A stretch of DNA of 63,512 nt, filler included, from Octopus bimaculoides (lineage: Eukaryota), in the NCBI RefSeq assembly GCF_001194135.2. It is 5 parts of 5 records of this genome, joined end to end, with 100 filler letters (N's around TTAATTAATTAA, not from the genome) between each part and the next. Parts side by side here need not be neighbours in the genome. Positions count along the whole stretch, not along the records: positions 1 to 10,189 come from NC_068983.1; positions 10,290 to 39,465 come from NC_068988.1; 3 more parts are not named here. The stretch is one strand, 5' to 3'. Below are positions 1-11,303 of this stretch, one piece after another. The notes beneath the pieces are model-generated. The model was not told the origin of the DNA, ran no database searches, and was given only the letters and a program-made list of their open reading frames with translations. The position numbers and the translations under genes are program-made. Numbering within the stretch: the first letter of the stretch is position 1; every line of letters begins with the position of its first letter.

Positions 1-163
1 ACATATGTATACGCATATATACGCAAACATATCCATCTATCCATCTATCTATCTCTATATATATGTATATATATACTGTCTGTGCGATACGTATATATGC
101 ATATATATAAATATATGTATACACACACCACATACACCACACACACCACACACACCACACACC

Positions 164-206
<43 letters not shown>

Positions 207-850
207 CCACGCACACACATGTGCAATAAAAGTAACCTATGGCTCCACCTATACACACGTGCATATACAGGCATGTAAAAAGTATTGCATGTACATACGT
301 ATTACATGGCAACATATGACGATCAAATAGGAAAATTGGTAGAGCAAGTGATTAAAGGACTTGTGCTACTTATGTCTGCCCCATTACCATCTGTATTAAC
401 TGTGCTCTTCATTCCCTCCCGGTGCGATAATACAAACCAAGAGCCATTTAAGTTCTTTCATCGATAATTGCAGTTATCTCCAGATTTAGAAGTCTCGTGC
501 CTCTATGAAGAATGGTATTAGATCGGATTATGTAGCTGCTTGTTAGTAGTAGTGTGTGTGTGTGTCTGTTTCTTTGTGTGTGTCTGTTTCTTTGTGTGTG
601 TCTGTGTTTCTGTCTGTGTTTGTGTGTGTTTCTGTCTGCGTTTGTGCGATCCTATATGTTTGTGTGTGTCTGTGCTTGTGTTTGTATGTTTATATGTGTA
701 AACAGTGTGGATATAAATTTAAACATTACATTGGTACTCATGCAACCACGGATCTAGATTGCATGTAATAAAAGAACACGAAAAAACATTGTTGTATTAC
801 AAGAAAACACATATAAAAAAATACAAAATGTAGAAAAAGAATGCACTTAC

Positions 851-3800
851 TTTGTCACGAAGTTTATCAATTTCCATTTCCATCCGGAAGTTCTTTTTAT
901 CGGATAGCTCCAGCATGTCTTGCAGCTTCCGGTTATCATCTTCAACACGAGATCTTTTCTCTTCCACAATATCCAACTCATCGTGCAAGCGGACAGACAC
1001 TTCTTTGGCCATCTTCAGTTCCTCTTCTAGCGCCTGGATGTGTCGCCGGGCGTCCTGGTTCTCGAAAGCATCCTGGAGGTTTCTTAATTTATCTTCGTAA
1101 TGTTCACGTTCCGTTTCGATCTGATCGTTCCGTCTTTCAGCCTTGCGGAGTTTGAATTGTAAAATGCGACAGTTCTTAGCGGTGATTTCAAGTTCTTTTT
1201 GAAGTTCGCGGAAATCTTCAGCATCTGATTCTCTGAATTGATCGTACATTTCATCGACTTCTAACTTCATTTCGTTGACCTCTTCACGGAGGGTGTTGTT
1301 CTCTTCGTTTAGCCTCATGCGGGTCTGGTCACTCTCTTCTAATAACTTACGCAGTTCTGCAAGACTTCTACTTTCTAACTGACCTTTGGCCACCTTCATT
1401 TTCTCGATCTGAACTTGATCTTCTAATTCTTTTTTATCTTCCTCTAAGTCAGTGCATTTCTTCTCCATGGTTTGTAGTTTTTCCGTATACTCAGCAACTT
1501 GTTTCTCAATTATTGATTTCTCATTAAGATCATTCTGTAACTTTGAGTTGTCGTCTTTTAGTTTCTGAATACATTCTTCAAGTTCAGCAACTTTGGATTT
1601 AATTTTCTCTACTTCCTCGAAGGAAAGGCCCCTATTCGTCTCAGAAGGTGAAATTTCGGCTGGTGAGCGACTTTGTCCACCCTTGCTTTTACTCTGGTCA
1701 TCTGGCGTTTCATGATATGACTTCTTCGGCCCTTGGTCCCGATTTTCACAGGGGACAGCCTTTAGTGAATGAGCTTCTTGCCTACCTTCATTCGAAATGG
1801 ACGCCGGAGGCGCTGCGACGGCTGTTGATGCCGCTGGGGAACTTGGAGAAACTACAGCATCAGTAGATGATGCTTGAGTAATATTATCCTTCCCGGGGTA
1901 CCTTGAAACAGCTGCTGCTGTTGCTGCTGCTGCTGTTGCTGCTGGTTGTGATGCATCTATATTCGTTTCTCTGTGATGACATATTACGCTCGCGTTTTCG
2001 GCCTGCTGTTGGCTGATGCTAGGGCTGTAACCCGATACTTGTTGTACGTAGGTATTAGGCTGCGCTTGCTGATTGTCTTTATCACGAGTAATTCTGTTGT
2101 CAATTACTAAAACATCCCTACTCTTACCTCCCTCATATCTTGGTTTATTTTCGAAATTATTCGGATCGAATCTAGTATCCAGATCGTAATCTACATCTTT
2201 TAGATAATGGGAACCTGAAGCTTTACCATCTTGGATACTGCTAGGGCCAGGGCTGTAGAACTGCTGGCTAGGGGAAGTGGAAGAAGTTCTACTTGGTGTA
2301 GTCGGTGTATCTAAAGGCGGGGTGTAGGGTGGAGGAGGTGGAGTGTGGTAGCCAGCAATGTGAGGGGAAGTAGCACGAGCTACATTGAATTCGTAGCTGT
2401 CTGGAGATACTCCAGTTGATGTGGTATGTAGAACAGGCAGCGGTATGACACGTGCCGGCGTGCTGGGGCTTGGGGAAGGTGATGGCGACTGGTAGGGTCG
2501 GTAACCGCTTCGCATAGATGAAGGAACGGGAGAGGAACATGAAGAAGGAGAAGGACTACTAACAAAACTCCCTCCCCCGCTATCCCAACTACGATCCCCA
2601 CCCCCGCTATCGATAAAACCCCCTAATCCACTAAAACCGCTGTGAAGTACTGATGGACTCATCCTACCTGAAGGGAAACCGAATCCTGTCCTTATGGTGG
2701 TAGTAATAGGCGTCCTTCCAACCCTAGTTGCTCCACCCGGGGATATCACAACAAAGGGTGCAGGCGATGGAGATCTTCCAGTCGGTTGTGATGCTTGTTG
2801 GGACGATCGATGACCTTTCCGGACCTGTACTTCCACAACGATCGGCTGTCGTGACCTTCCACTTTCTGAAGACGATGAAGTAGATGAGGTTGAATCCTGA
2901 CGGGACAACCTTCCGGGGCTATCTCTTATTCCCTCGTTATCTTGACCACTGGTGATAATTACATTTGAACCTTCAAAGGAATGTGATCTCATACAGCGTT
3001 GACCGTCGTTTTTGACCTCGTCTGATGTCGCAGAGGTAAAAGCTCTCGTCGAACCTACGTGAGGGTCGTCAGTATACCGACCTGTTCGTCTGATAGAAGC
3101 CATATTATCTCCGTAATCACCGTAGTTTGCCGTCTCTTCTTTAGTTGATTGTGTTGTTGTCGATGGTGATGTTGCTGGTGTTGGTGTTGATATTGGTGTT
3201 GATGTTGGTATTGTTGTTGTCGCTGCTACTGCTAATGCGGCGGCGGTGGCAGCTGCTTCCGCTGCCGCCGCCGCGGCCGCCGCCTCTGCTTGTGATTTCG
3301 CGTACTTAGAAGATTCAACAACCATTGTTTTTACTTTCGGAATCGGTGAGGTAGGTGCCGGAGNNNNNNNNNNNNNNNNNNNNNNNNNNNNNNNNNNNNN
3401 NNNNNNNNNNNNNNNNNNNNNNNNNNNNNNNNNNNNNNNNNNNNNNNNNNNNNNNNNNNNNNNNNNNNNNNNNNNNNNNNNNNNNNNNNNNNNNNNNNNN
3501 NNNNNNNNNNNNNNNNNNNNNNNNNNNNNNNNNNNNNNNNNNNNNNNNNNNNNNNNNNNNNNNNNNNNNNNNNNNNNNNNNNNNNNNNNNNNNNNNNNNN
3601 NNNNNNNNNNNNNNNNNNNNNNNNNNNNNNNNNNNNNNNNNNNNNNNNNNNNNNNNNNNNNNNNNNNNNNNNNNNNNNNNNNNNNNNNNNNNNNNNNNNN
3701 NNNNNNNNNNNNNNNNNNNNNNNNNNNNNNNNNNNNNNNNNNNNNNNNNNNNNNNNNNNNNNNNNNNNNNNNNNNNNNNNNNNNNNNNNNNNNNNNNNNN

Positions 3801-5432
3801 NNNNNNNNNNNNNNNNNNNNNNNNNNNNNNNNNNNNNNNNNNNNNNNNNNNNNNNNNNNNNNNNNNNNNNNNNNNNNNNNNNNNNNNNNNNNNNNNNNNN
3901 NNNNNNNNNNNNNNNNNNNNNNNNNNNNNNNNNNNNNNNNNNNNNNNNNNNNNNNNNNNNNNNNNNNNNNNNNNNNNNNNNNNNNNNNNNNNNNNNNNNN
4001 NNNNNNNNNNNNNNNNNNNNNNNNNNNNNNNNNNNNNNGACGGTGGGGTCGGTGACGCTGGTGTTGATGATGATGATGATGATAAAAATGACGGGGACGG
4101 CGATCTTGTTTTCGCTTTGCTCGGCGTTTTCTCGGACGCAGCATTTTTATCATCAGAAGCGGCAACAGTGACAACAGGTGTCTTAATGGCCGGAGTAGAG
4201 GTGGTGGAAGTGGAAGTACTGCTACCTACCTGCCCCTTGCTGGCCGCTGCGGAGGAAGGTGGCACCGTGCTTGCTGTGGCAGTGTCAACCTTTGCTGAAG
4301 ACGTTGTCTTTGATGTGTCACCCGTTGAGGTTTTGGTAGAAGTTGGCGTCGTTGACGCGCTGGATATTTTAGATTTATCGTTTGCAGAATCAGATGTTGT
4401 TGTTGATGGTTTTGTTGTTGTTGTTGTTGTTGTTGTTGTTGGTTTTGTTGTTGTTGTTGATGATGATGTTGATGGCGCTGTGGCTGTTTTAGTTGTACTC
4501 GTTGCAGTACTACTGCTATCACTGGAACCTTTCTTAGTATCGATAGTAGAATCCTTGGTCGTAGTGGTGTCTTTACTTGAAGCGGCACTGGTTGTTTTCG
4601 ATGTAGACTGTGAAGATGATGTGGACGATAATGATGACGATGGCGTCGATGTAGTTCCGGCACTTGTTGAGACCACGTCGGACGTCTTAGATGATTTCGC
4701 CGATGCCTCAGCCGAAGTCACCTGTTTCGTGCCCGGGCTCGGAGCATCGGTTTTTGACGTCTCTTTAAGAAAAGAATTAGTTTTCTTTCCAAAGGTTGGT
4801 AGTTTGTTAGGTCCGGGTCCACTTGGACTAGGAGGGGCAGTTTTACTTCCTCCAAATTTCTCGACTAATTTTTTCGCACTGGCAGTCGACAGCAAAGTAT
4901 TTCCTGGGGGGCCACATTTTTTCACATCTACAGGGGATGGTTTTTTGGAATTTGCTAGGTTTGACATAATAAGCGAAACAGGGGTTGCATTTGGAATTAC
5001 ATGTGGTGATTTTTTGGGTTTGTTTGATTCTAAAAGTGCTGCTAATGGTTTTGTGTTTTTGGTTTCTTCTTCTTTTACTGTCGCTTCTGGCGCTGTCTGT
5101 GCTGTATTCTTGCTTTTATCTGTTGTGGACGACACATTTTTGTCACTAGATTTTTCTTTCTCTTCTTCCTTTTTCGATGTGGTTTTCCGGGCGTCGGCAC
5201 TATTTGCGAGGTTCTCTGTTCCGTTTGTGCGTGTGTCCAAACCATGTTCGCTTTTAGCGTGGAAACAATTACGGCATATGGTTTTCCGCCAAGTTTGCGG
5301 TGCGAAGTTCTCACAGATTGGGCCAACTGTAGATTCATCATCTGTGCCTGGTGTCGTTGCTCTGTCATCGCGATGACCGGCACCGGGAGTCAGTTTATTC
5401 TTAGTGACACTACTGCTGTCTGATTTACTCAT
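851..5432 (-). CDS. SOGA: SOGA/MTCL-family coiled-coil protein, giant first coding exon (gene continues off the window start)
   Basis: ORFs 3315..5432 and 797..4174 join across the N gap 3364-4039; the frame offset is explained by the estimated gap length. The C-terminal coiled coil 'FRELQKELEITAKNCRILQFKLRKAERR...ALEEELKMAKEVSVRLHDELDIVEEKRSRVEDDN' matches the remembered SOGA/MTCL signature (ANKNCRILQYRLRKAE...QDLKVAKDVSVRLHHEL). The exon ends at phase 0 with donor AAA|GTAAGT (850-845). There is an in-frame TAG 5 codons upstream of the ATG and a candidate acceptor ...ccctccaag| at 5458/5457. Confidence 0.88.
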
Positions 5433-7017
5433 AATGTAGAAATTCTAGGTGGACGTCCTTGGAGGGATTGTGAATAAGAGACATACATATAAACGCGATA
5501 TAAGCGAATCCAACGACAAATATACAAAATTTCAAAACAATTTTTTTTTCAAAGCAACAAAAGCTATTTTCAACTCAAAAGTGTAGTTGAGAAAGAAAAA
5601 ATATCAAGTAAAAAAATAAAGTAGTTTTTTTGTTTTGTTTTCCAATGTAACAATATACAAACTGTGCGTGTGTGTATGTGTTTGTATGCGTGTGTATAAC
5701 TTTTTTTTTTCTGAATAAATTTTTTCAGTTTCTCTTTTTTCTTTAACTGTTTTAAAGGAAAATTTCAATAATTCGACGAAAATATAAATTCTTTCTTTCT
5801 TTTTCTTTCTTTTTCTTTCTTAAATTCAAATATTTTGTCTCCCTTACTCTCTGGTACATACACTGGGCGAAAGTTTCCTCGCCTGCCGACACAAGTTCCT
5901 CTTTAGTTAAGTTTAGGGCTTTTGTGCACTACGTCATCAGTTGATGTGTTGACGATGCACCTTATACGGTTGCGCTACCATCACCGTGTTTGTTAGTAGA
6001 AGATAACGAAAAGTTTCGTCTCATAAAATAAAAAGAAAACGAAAGGAAAGAAAAGGAGTGGGTTAAAGAGGGAGGGGAAAAGAAAGAAGCAAAATAGCGA
6101 GGCAGAGCAGACTAGTAGACAGTGTGAAACTAGGTGGGTGTGGAACCATTGGAGATGAGGTAATGAGTTTATAGTGAGGGGGCAAAAAGCAAAAGATTTG
6201 AAAGAAAGGTGAACGTGAGTGAGTGAGTGAGAGATGAGAGAAAAGGGAAGAAGAAAACGAGATGCAAAAGAGGAAGCATATTGAGAGATAGATAGATAGG
6301 TAGATAGGTAAATAGAGAGAGAAAGAGAGAGAATAATAGATGGTGCCTGAGAAAAAGAGGCAAAGATTTTGAGAGAGGGAACAGAGAGGGAGAGAATGAT
6401 CGAAAAAGATAATATAAAAGAAAGAAAGAGGGGAAGATGAACAAAGATGGATACTACGGAGAGAGAGAGAGAATTAAAAAAAAATATACAAAGATAAAAC
6501 CCATAGCAGCAAGTAAGTTGATCCAAACAACCCTAAACAGACAAGTCAGTGTTGTTCACTGTTTATTCTGATGAATCTGATTACCATTCCCACCTTTTAC
6601 ATCTAACTTGTCACTCTTTATGAAAAAATTTACAGACACAAACTTACATACATACAAGCACAAAGATACACAAATATATACATGTGCATACATGACCCGA
6701 CTCAGACACAAACCTATAGAGCCATACAAACAGAGGCACACACACACACACACACACACACACAGTGAGATAGAGAGATAGATAGAGGGAGAGAGAGAGA
6801 GTGAGAGAGAGAGAGAGAGAGAGATTGAGAGGGAGAGAGAGAAAGAAAGACAGCTCTATGCACGTACTTACATAGACCTACAAACATGCAGACACGAACA
6901 CACACTAAATATATGTATATACAGAAATATGCGTATGTAAATATATATAACTAAATGTGTGTGTGCGTATATTTTTTTATTCTCTTATACGTTTCAGCTG
7001 TGGCCATGCCGGGGCAT

Positions 7018-7063
<46 letters not shown>

Positions 7064-7539
7064 NNNNNNNNNNNNNNNNNNNNNNNNNNNNNNNNNNNNN
7101 NNNNNNNNNNNNNNNNNNNNNNNNNNNNNNNNNNNNNNNNNNNNNNNNNNNNNNNNNNNNNNNNNNNNNNNNNNNNNNNNNNNNNNNNNNNNNNNNNNNN
7201 NNNNNNNNNNNNNNNNNNNNNNNNNNNNNNNNNNNNNNNNNNNNNNNNNNNNNNNNNNNNNNNNNNNNNNNNNNNNNNNNNNNNNNNNNNNNNNNNNNNN
7301 NNNNNNNNNNNNNNNNNNNNNNNNNNNNNNNNNNNNNNNNNNNNNNNNNNNNNNNNNNNNNNNNNNNNNNNNNNNNNNNNNNNNNNNNNNNNNNNNNNNN
7401 NNNNNNNNNNNNNNNNNNNNNNNNNNNNNNNNNNNNNNNNNNNNNNNNNNNNNNNNNNNNNNNNNNNNNNNNNNNNNNNNNNNNNNNNNNNNNNNNNNNN
7501 NNNNNNNNNNNNNNTATATATATATATACACGTATATAC

Positions 7540-7573
<34 letters not shown>

Positions 7574-7959
7574 GTATATACGTGTATATATATATATATA
7601 CACGTATATACTTTGTATATTGGCATACACAAACATATAATAGTCAGCACATGAATATAGTATAATTATAGACACCGAACATACGACTGTAGACATGTGT
7701 TAATTTAGATTTATTTAACATAGGAGACAGAAGAAGTTATAACATCGCCTGCAAGATTCGAGCTCAGCATCTGCAGGAAAACGTAGAGCTGTACTAGCTA
7801 TGACACCAAAGCGACAGCATTACCACTGACAGCTACTTATAAATAAGTAGCTATAATGATATACAAGTGGCCTAGTAACCTGTTAATGGATATCTTAGGT
7901 CATACTGCATTCAAGGTGTGGTATTATATATGTACATCTTACTGCATGTGTGTATGTGA

Positions 7960-7995
<36 letters not shown>

Positions 7996-8509
7996 NNNNN
8001 NNNNNNNNNNNNNNNNNNNNNNNNNNNNNNNNNNNNNNNNNNNNNNNNNNNNNNNNNNNNNNNNNNNNNNNNNNNNNNNNNNNNNNNNNNNNNNNCATTT
8101 ATGTATGTATGAATGTATTTATTCTTTTATCTTATTATTCTTTCCAACATTTCAGCCCTAAGGCTGAGGCCATGCTGGGGCAGTGACACATCTTGTGTGT
8201 ACAGTTAGATATACGACTACGGTTATATGAGTTAGAGCTCCACCTGGATTATCGTTATCAAGTCAACTTCCAGGCTTGTGGAATTTTCCAGTGTGTGTAT
8301 GTGCGCGTGTGTGTTTGTGTATGTCTATGCGTGTGCGCGTGCGTGTGTAAATGTGCGTGTGTAAAGGGATCTGTGAGTTTGATATCTTTTGAAACTGGAT
8401 TTGTTTTATAAATTGATGTCTGCATATCAATTTCTGCATTTTCGTTTTCTTTGCCTTATAAATATAAATATTTAGATGTACATACATACATACATACATA
8501 CATACATAC

Positions 8510-8574
<65 letters not shown>

Positions 8575-8599
8575 GGAATACACACACACATATATATAT

Positions 8600-8817
8600 A
8601 GGAATACAAAATACAAAATGGCTGATAGTTAGCAAGGTGAGACACACATAAGAAAGAAGGAAACAAAGGACCACTGATGAGGTCACAGAAGTCTGACGAA
8701 AGAACTCTGGCCGAAATAAGATTAAGATTAATGTAATATAAAGCTGAAGCAAATTAACACCAAATATACAGTGCGTGTGTTTTTATTGGCTAAACTGGCA
8801 ATATGACCATCCCTAAG
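8600..8817 (+). mobile_element. Copy of the hammerhead-bearing repeat, truncated by a gap
   Basis: Colinear with the reverse complement of about 44405-44620. Confidence 0.55.
8668..8712 (+). ncRNA. Second copy of the candidate minimal hammerhead ribozyme
   Basis: GGACCA-CTGATGA-G-GTCACA-GAAG-TCTGAC-GAAA-GAAC-TC-TGGCC. Same core, one stem II mismatch, and the same flanking repeat as the 44.5 kb copy. Confidence 0.5.
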
Positions 8818-9043
8818 NNNNNNNNNNNNNNNNNNNNNNNNNNNNNNNNNNNNNNNNNNNNNNNNNNNNNNNNNNNNNNNNNNNNNNNNNNNNNNNNNNN
8901 NNNNNNNNNNNNNNNNNNNNNNNNNNNNNNNNNNNNNNNNNNNNNNNNNNNNNNNNNNNNNNNNNNNNNNNNNNNNNNNNNNNNNNNNNNNNNNNNNNNN
9001 NNNNNNNNNNNNNNNNNNNNNNNNNNNNNNNNNNNNNNNNNNN

Positions 9044-9627
9044 TATAATACAGGGTATCTAAGAGATACCGCCACGCTGAAAAATAGCAGTCAAATCCTG
9101 ACTCTAAAACCACAATAAATGTCCACATAGCATAAGGAGCCAAGACGAAGACCAAATAAACCAGTAAAAATAACAAGATAATTCCAGATCCTGGATTTCT
9201 GGCTTTGCATAAATAATAATGCTTTGCCTTCATCGGTGGAATATACTCAAGTACATAAATACAAATATATGTATATAAACAGTATACTTACATGTACGGA
9301 CGTATACACACATATATATGCACGTATGTACACGACTAGCTTAAATAGCCCGCCTAAAAACTCCTCCTGCGATACGGACAGAATATCAGCGCAGTAAATA
9401 CACTGATAAAACTAATTTATATAAATAAGGATAAGATCGATATTTAAAATATTGATCTTATCAAGTGGTCAGCATCGGAATAAAAACCATCAAAGGTAAT
9501 CATTTTTTAAAATTATAATACAGGGTATCTAAGAGATACCGCCACGCTGAAAAATAGCAGTCAAATCCTGACTCTAAAACCACAATAAATGTCCACATAG
9601 CATAAGGAGCCAAGACGAAGACCAAAT
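9044..9627 (+). repeat. 114-bp exact direct repeat, period 470
   Basis: 9044-9157 is identical to 9514-9627 (tataatacagggtatctaagagatacc...gacgaagaccaaat). Confidence 0.9.
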
Positions 9628-9982
9628 CGCACGAGGAGTTTAGATCCACTTCTCTGAAGCTTCTGAAATTGATGTGTATTTGAACAGAATGGAACTTGGC
9701 CTCTGGGATTCCTCGAATGATGTAGACAACTCTGACGAGACCCCAACCACACCCGAAAATCGATTACAGCTGATTGTCATTATTTTCCAATCTGCAGGTA
9801 AATTTGACAGGTTAGTGTAGTATCTAATGCGTTGTGACTTTATAGTAAGAAGTTTTCATCCCAACAACATGGTTCCGGGTTCAGTTCTATTGCGTGGCAG
9901 CGTAAGCGAGTATCTTCTACTAAAGCCTCGGGTCGGCCAAAGCCTTGTGAGCGGATTTTGTAGACGGAAACGGAAAGAAGCC

Positions 9983-10036
<54 letters not shown>

Positions 10037-10289
10037 TGTGTGTAGGGTTATGTCTTGTGTCTGTGTTTGTCCTCCACCACCGCTTGACAACCGTGTTGGT
10101 ATGTTTGAGCCTTTAACATAGCGGTACGGCCAAAGAAACCCATAGAATAAGATCAAGGCTTTAAAAAAATAAGTATTTGGCTCGATTCGNNNNNNNNNNN
10201 NNNNNNNNNNNNNNNNNNNNNNNNNNNNNNNNNTTAATTAATTAANNNNNNNNNNNNNNNNNNNNNNNNNNNNNNNNNNNNNNNNNNNN

Positions 10290-10322
<33 letters not shown>

Positions 10323-10644
10323 AATATATGAGTATATGCATATATATGTACATGTATGTATATACGTTCATCCACATGTACATATAGATACATAACTGGG
10401 TACATGACGTGGCAAAAGAACAAGGACAAAAATGGTAAACAAGGTGCAACAGACAAGCAGGCCACCATTAAAACTCCGGCGTTTCGAAGAAATATGTATG
10501 TATGTATGTATGTATACAAATATATAAAAAGGCTACACTCATTATTATATTAGGGGATGTTACAATTTTATTTTTTAAAAAAAGGATTATTGCCATTGAG
10601 TTTTTTATATTTTATCGTATTTTATTTTGTTATTCATTTTCCAG

Positions 10645-10741
10645 AGAATGGGAAGTCTCGGTTATGCTTATTCTGCTTCACAACCTCCGTTGTGTGTTGG
10701 GGCCATCATACAAGTGATCAATATTTTAGAGGAGAGTAGCG
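10645..10741 (+). CDS. SPTLC1: Serine palmitoyltransferase 1 (LCB1) internal exon: RMGSLGYAYSASQPPLCVGAIIQVINILEESS
   Basis: Acceptor ttattcattttccag|, donor G|gtaagt, 97 nt (phase 0 to 1). Aligns with human [32 protein letters not shown]. Confidence 0.88.
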
Positions 10742-11264
10742 GTAAGTTGTTTCACAGATATTTGATGAGAAGCGAATGGAGAATCTCAATCTTAGATCGA
10801 AGTCTGCATTTTATTTCATTTTTATATAATTTAATTAGTGGAGGAAATGCAGTACCCAGAACCCCTTCAAGGACCGCTAATAACGCTGATTGCAAAGAGG
10901 AAGTTATCCTCAGACCAGCCAGAATGCTTGCAACAGTTTGTATTTCGTTAAAGACGCCCAATGGTCGTGTTAATTAAGTGACGGACTAAGTTTACTGCAC
11001 ATGTACTGAAGCTGTCATTCGGGCAAGTTTCCATAGTTTCCTATTTCTTTACTTCCCACAACGGGGCTACACACAGAGGGGACAAACAAGGGCAAGTTTC
11101 CATAGTTTCCGCCGACTAAATTCCACTCACCAGGCTTTGGTCGACCCCTGGCTATGGTAGAAGATGCTTGCCCAAGTTACCGCACAGTAAAATTTAACCC
11201 GAAACTAATTTGTCGGGAAGTGAACTTCTTAAAACAATACATACTTCTCTACCTGTCTGGTACA

Positions 11265-11303
<39 letters not shown>

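Noticed and set aside
3364-4039. Apparent frameshift in the SOGA exon
   Set aside because: The frame change occurs across an N gap whose length is only an estimate, so it is not evidence of a pseudogene or programmed frameshift.
3355-5376. 673-aa plus-strand ORF antisense to SOGA
   Set aside because: It is the expected shadow of Ser/Thr/Pro-rich codons on the minus strand (V/D/G-rich), starts at a gap edge and has no recognisable domain.
6955-7696. Many ORFs of 60 aa or more made of YI/HT/CV/SL repeats and X runs (also at 14.4, 32.6, 43.8, 45, 48.5, 50 and 62 kb)
   Set aside because: These are translations of microsatellites and N gaps.
9640-9777. Exon-like frame (…SEIDVYLNRMELGL…) and a CTGACGA…GAAAATCGATTA hammerhead-like string
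   Set aside because: The peptide does not match the expected preceding SPTLC1 exon (GGFCCG…DHQ) and the acceptor is poor. The putative hammerhead stem II cannot pair.
10234-10245. TTAATTAATTAA islands inside gaps (also about 39510, 52556 and 60372)
   Set aside because: An identical 12-mer with stops in all frames, always embedded in N runs, is an assembly spacer rather than biology.
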